Of a stretch of 33,147 bases of DNA, positions 30,911 to 33,147 are shown in pieces. The notes beneath the pieces were generated by a model. It was given only the letters and a program-made list of their open reading frames with translations. It did not search any database and was not told the origin of the DNA. The position numbers and the translations under genes are program-made. The stretch comes from Candidatus Jacksonbacteria bacterium (lineage in GTDB: Bacteria > Patescibacteriota > Patescibacteriia > UBA9629 > GWA2-43-13): NCBI GenBank assembly GCA_018698735.1, contig JABIPD010000110.1, positions 1 to 33,147 on the forward strand, given 5' to 3'. Numbering within the stretch: position 1 is the first letter of the stretch; the number at the start of each line of letters is the position of its first letter.

Positions 30911-31633
30911 TTAGAAGAACCATCGCGGCGCCTGTTCTGCAACCTGCGCGCCTTGCCATTCTTCGAGGTCTGGACAGAGGCTTTCGTCTCGAGTAAAGAA
31001 GAACGACATTCCTGGCCGCAGGTTCCTGAGGCTCGTAGGGACAGAGAAGTACTCGTCCCTTGAGGGGCGTACTCCGAGCTTGTCCAAGTCGCTCTCTTCG
31101 TTTGGGTCATCATGGCGAAGATGGACGTGCGGATATCCATCAATCACCTCTAGCCCTATGACCATGAGCCGGTTTGTTTCAACCTGCGGTGAATCAAGAA
31201 GGTCGATGTTTTCGTCTAGTTCGTCTGCGAGGACTGTTGCACGGTAGACGAAAGATCCGGGTAGATCTTCTGTCTGTGAAACAGACGCAAAAGGTCCTCG
31301 GAACGCTGGAAGGTGAATCCTTGGCATGGGGATCACTCTTCCCATTACCACGGATCCTCCGTGGTTTGTTATCATGATGCATTCGCCCATGGTAGGCGCA
31401 ATGCCATCATTTAGGAAGCAGACCAGGCCATCCCTGGCTCGCATTTCGTCACAGACTCCCACCCACGTTTGGGTGTCGTTGTTCCAGCGAAGTTTCGCTA
31501 CCAGGCTGGGCCCTTCATCCTTTAAGTTGGTGTAGATGGCTCTGCTGAGCTCTTCTGGGAGAACTCGAACTCCGAGTTCGGGCTTTGGCGGCTGAGTGAA
31601 GCTGCTGCGTCCGGCCTCTCGTCGCGTCGTCAT
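30911..31633 (-). CDS. GC-rich island 6: 240-aa cytosolic-looking protein, orphan
   Basis: Start set at ATG 31633 with GAGGAG 8 nt upstream. The track's TTG 31666 has no RBS. No domain recognised. Confidence 0.6.
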   Translation of the reverse strand: MTTRREAGRSSFTQPPKPELGVRVLPEELSRAIYTNLKDEGPSLVAKLRWNNDTQTWVGVCDEMRARDGLVCFLNDGIAPTMGECIMITNHGGSVVMGRVIPMPRIHLPAFRGPFASVSQTEDLPGSFVYRATVLADELDENIDLLDSPQVETNRLMVIGLEVIDGYPHVHLRHDDPNEESDLDKLGVRPSRDEYFSVPTSLRNLRPGMSFFFTRDESLCPDLEEWQGAQVAEQAPRWFF

Positions 31634-31809
31634 CGTTCCGTCTCCTCGTCGCGAAGGTCGGGTCAAGGTGCGGGCACAAATGCGAATTCAGATTTTGATT
31701 TTCTCTGTTTTTTCGCCGTGCAATTTAACATGATCTTCATAAAAATTCGCCGGTGCGACATTGTTGCAAAGCCAACATATACGGCAACACCATCGCACAT
31801 AGCGAGAGT

Positions 31810-31838
31810 AAAATATCATAATAAATAAATATTGTCAA
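31810..31838 (-). promoter_or_regulatory. Sigma70-like promoter (extended -10) for the 240-aa gene
   Basis: The minus strand reads TTGACA (31838-33), a 17-nt spacer, then TG-a-TATTTT (-10 at 31815-10). This implies a 5' UTR of about 170 nt. Confidence 0.4.
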
Positions 31839-31860
31839 GCGTTGTTTTGCGCTGTTTTTA

Positions 31861-31894
31861 AATAAAAAAAGACCCCGATATTGCGAATCGGGGG
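31861..31894 (-). terminator. Intrinsic terminator after the 99-aa gene
   Basis: The minus strand reads CCCCGAT-tcgcaat-ATCGGGG followed by TC and T7. Confidence 0.7.
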
Positions 31895-31938
31895 AAGTGG
31901 GTTGAAGGTTGGAGAGTTTGTCCACGAGCAGAGAATGA

Positions 31939-32238
31939 CTATCGAATGAGGCTAAAGGTTCCTTTGGTGGTTCTTTCGCCTTCACCGACAGCTAGCCACG
32001 AGGCCTGGTTGGGGTCATATCTCAGGTAAAGGATACTCACTCCCCCGAACCTGGGAGCGCTCACGTACAGAACCACTCCTTCTTCTTCAGATCCTCCTGA
32101 GCTTGTGACGGTGCCAATTATGTGATGGCCCGAATTGTCATGGAAGATGAACCTTCTTCCAACAGGCTCGTCTTTCACGCCCGCTTCCTGCAAAGAGTGC
32201 TGAATCCTTTCTAGCAAGTCTTTTGTTACTTGATCCAT
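31939..32238 (-). CDS. GC-rich island 6: 99-aa protein, orphan
   Basis: AAGGAGG lies 7 nt before ATG 32238. Possible TTGTCT-18-TAATGT promoter at 32330-32301. Confidence 0.6.
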   Translation of the reverse strand: MDQVTKDLLERIQHSLQEAGVKDEPVGRRFIFHDNSGHHIIGTVTSSGGSEEEGVVLYVSAPRFGGVSILYLRYDPNQASWLAVGEGERTTKGTFSLIR

Positions 32239-32314
32239 ACTCGTGCCTCCTTAAAGGTGCATATTTCGGTGCACAGCGAGTCTGTGCTTGCGAACAAATA
32301 ACATTATCCTTTTT

Positions 32315-32343
32315 TTGACATTCAGACAAGAACCTTATACGAT
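32315..32343 (+). promoter_or_regulatory. Sigma70-like promoter of the M50 protease gene (possibly leaderless mRNA)
   Basis: TTGACA (32315-20), a 17-nt spacer, then TACGAT (32338-43). The ATG at 32352 is only 8 nt past the -10 element. Confidence 0.4.
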
Positions 32344-32351
32344 TATCTCGT

Positions 32352-33005
32352 ATGATTTTAGCAAAACTGTTTACCGATCCTGTGTTTTTTGTGATATGGG
32401 TAGTTGCCATAGTATATGGCATAACTATTCACGAGTTCGCGCATGTAGCTATGGCGCGGTATTTAGGCGACCACACAGGCGAAGATATGGGCCGGCTTAC
32501 CTTAAACCCTCTGGCGCATGTAGACCCTATGGGGTTTTTGCTGTTGCTCGTAATTGGGTTTGGGTGGGGAAGGCCAGCGCCGTTTAATCCTTTTAACTTA
32601 CATAAAGTAAAAAGCGCAAAACTTGGGTCTGCTTTAGTAGCATTAGCAGGGCCAGTTTCGAATTTACTGAGTATTTTTGTGTTTGTGGTGGTAACAAGGG
32701 TTCTTTTAGGGTCTTTTGCATTTTCTCCAGAAAGCCTTATTATTCAGTTTTTTATCTTTCTTATAATGATAAATGTAGTGTTGATGGTATTTAATTTACT
32801 TCCAATCCCGCCGTTAGATGGTTCTAAAATAGCGTACGCCCTATTGCCAGATAGTTACGAATGGCAACAGCGAAAAGCGATGTGGGAAACAAAAGGCCCG
32901 TGGATTTTGTTTTTGGTGATTATTATAGATTCGTTTACACCTGGTAGCTTTTTAGGTGGATTGTTTCAGTGGTTTTTTGGATTAGTGCTGAAAATGCTTG
33001 GATGA
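32352..33005 (+). CDS. Site-2 protease family (peptidase M50) membrane metalloprotease
   Basis: 217 aa. HEFAHVAMA (HExxH) in TM1 and [13 protein letters not shown] (NxxPxxxxDG). Multi-TM. Confidence 0.85.
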   Translation: MILAKLFTDPVFFVIWVVAIVYGITIHEFAHVAMARYLGDHTGEDMGRLTLNPLAHVDPMGFLLLLVIGFGWGRPAPFNPFNLHKVKSAKLGSALVALAGPVSNLLSIFVFVVVTRVLLGSFAFSPESLIIQFFIFLIMINVVLMVFNLLPIPPLDGSKIAYALLPDSYEWQQRKAMWETKGPWILFLVIIIDSFTPGSFLGGLFQWFFGLVLKMLG

Positions 33006-33021
33006 TCAAATGGCGAGACCC

Positions 33022-33054
33022 CCTCTCAATCTCCCCCTACTTTAGAGGGAGAGG
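33022..33054 (+). repeat. GC-rich palindromic element downstream of M50 gene
   Basis: CCTCTCaatCTCCCcctactttagaGGGAGAGG. Loop and stem are related to 23192-23214. Confidence 0.45.
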
Positions 33055-33078
33055 TATGCACCTGATTGGGTAAAAAAT

Positions 33079-33107
33079 GTCATCCTGAGTGCATCCCGAA
33101 GGATCTT
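33079..33107 (+). repeat. GTCAT-capped palindromic repeat (copy 8)
   Basis: GTCATCCTgagtgcatcccgaAGGATCTTC has the inverted repeat ATCCT/AGGAT. Confidence 0.55.
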
Positions 33108-33147
33108 CAATATATTGCTATTGGAGATGATTGTTCATATTCATCAT

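Noticed and set aside
31663-31740. The 25-codon uORF in the long 5' UTR, and the TTG 31666 start for the 240-aa gene.
   Set aside because: Neither has an SD. ATG 31633 has GAGGAG at 8 nt. The uORF is mentioned in a finding but not annotated as a gene.
16402-32300. Integron-type gene cassettes (attC with RYYYAAC/GTTRRRY cores) or transposon target-site duplications at island borders.
   Set aside because: I inspected all borders by eye. There are no conserved core sites, no shared terminal inverted repeats and no flanking direct duplications. The islands are dispersed rather than arrayed, and no intI-like gene is present.
30814-32587. Track ORFs 30814..31143 (-), 31174..31377 (+), 31194..31382 (-), 31326..31535 (+), 31737..31985 (-), 32138..32422 (-) and 32288..32587 (+).
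   Set aside because: They overlap the better-supported 240-aa, 99-aa or M50 genes out of frame, or span terminators and promoters. They have no SD and junk-like composition.
1-33147. Searched by eye for rRNA, tRNA (T-loop GGTTCRAnTCC), tmRNA, CRISPR repeat-spacer periodicity, transposase, integrase, reverse transcriptase (DGR) and phage structural genes.
   Set aside because: None found. No regularly spaced direct repeats and no T-loop-like motifs in intergenic DNA. No ORF has DDE, tyrosine-recombinase or YxDD motifs. A DGR was considered because of the surface proteins, but no RT or TR/VR pair is visible.

Overview
AT-rich bacterial chromosome segment. My hand counts give roughly 23-26 G+C per 60 nt in core genes. 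Gene content and style suggest a small-genome Patescibacteria/CPR-type organism, which is an inference and was not searched. Recognisable core genes are three Q/P-rich surface proteins with calcium-repeat motifs, ybeY, ftsA-ftsZ and nrdR-nrdJ (class II, B12-dependent RNR). These are followed by a DUF4430-like protein plus a putative vitamin-transporter membrane protein, an HtrA protease, and prfB with the canonical +1 frameshift (so UGA is a stop). Then come ComEC encoded as two ORFs, a receiver-domain protein, ndk, lysS, ndh (NDH-2), a GNAT, rpmB and an M50 protease. The striking feature is in the second half. Between about 16.4 and 32.3 kb, six short GC-rich blocks (33-34 G+C per 60 nt in sampled lines) fill consecutive intergenic spacers without disrupting any core gene. 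Each block is a self-contained expression unit with a TTGACA-like promoter, a Shine-Dalgarno site and a hairpin terminator. Together they encode about 13 small orphan proteins, many of them TM, secreted or lipoprotein-like, one pair with an ATGA overlap, plus several structured RNA or leader candidates. A GTCAT-capped palindromic repeat family is scattered through the intergenic DNA. I saw no rRNA, tRNA, CRISPR array, transposase, integrase or reverse transcriptase. All calls rest on reading the sequence and recalled motifs. No homology search was possible, and RNA ends and promoter calls are approximate.
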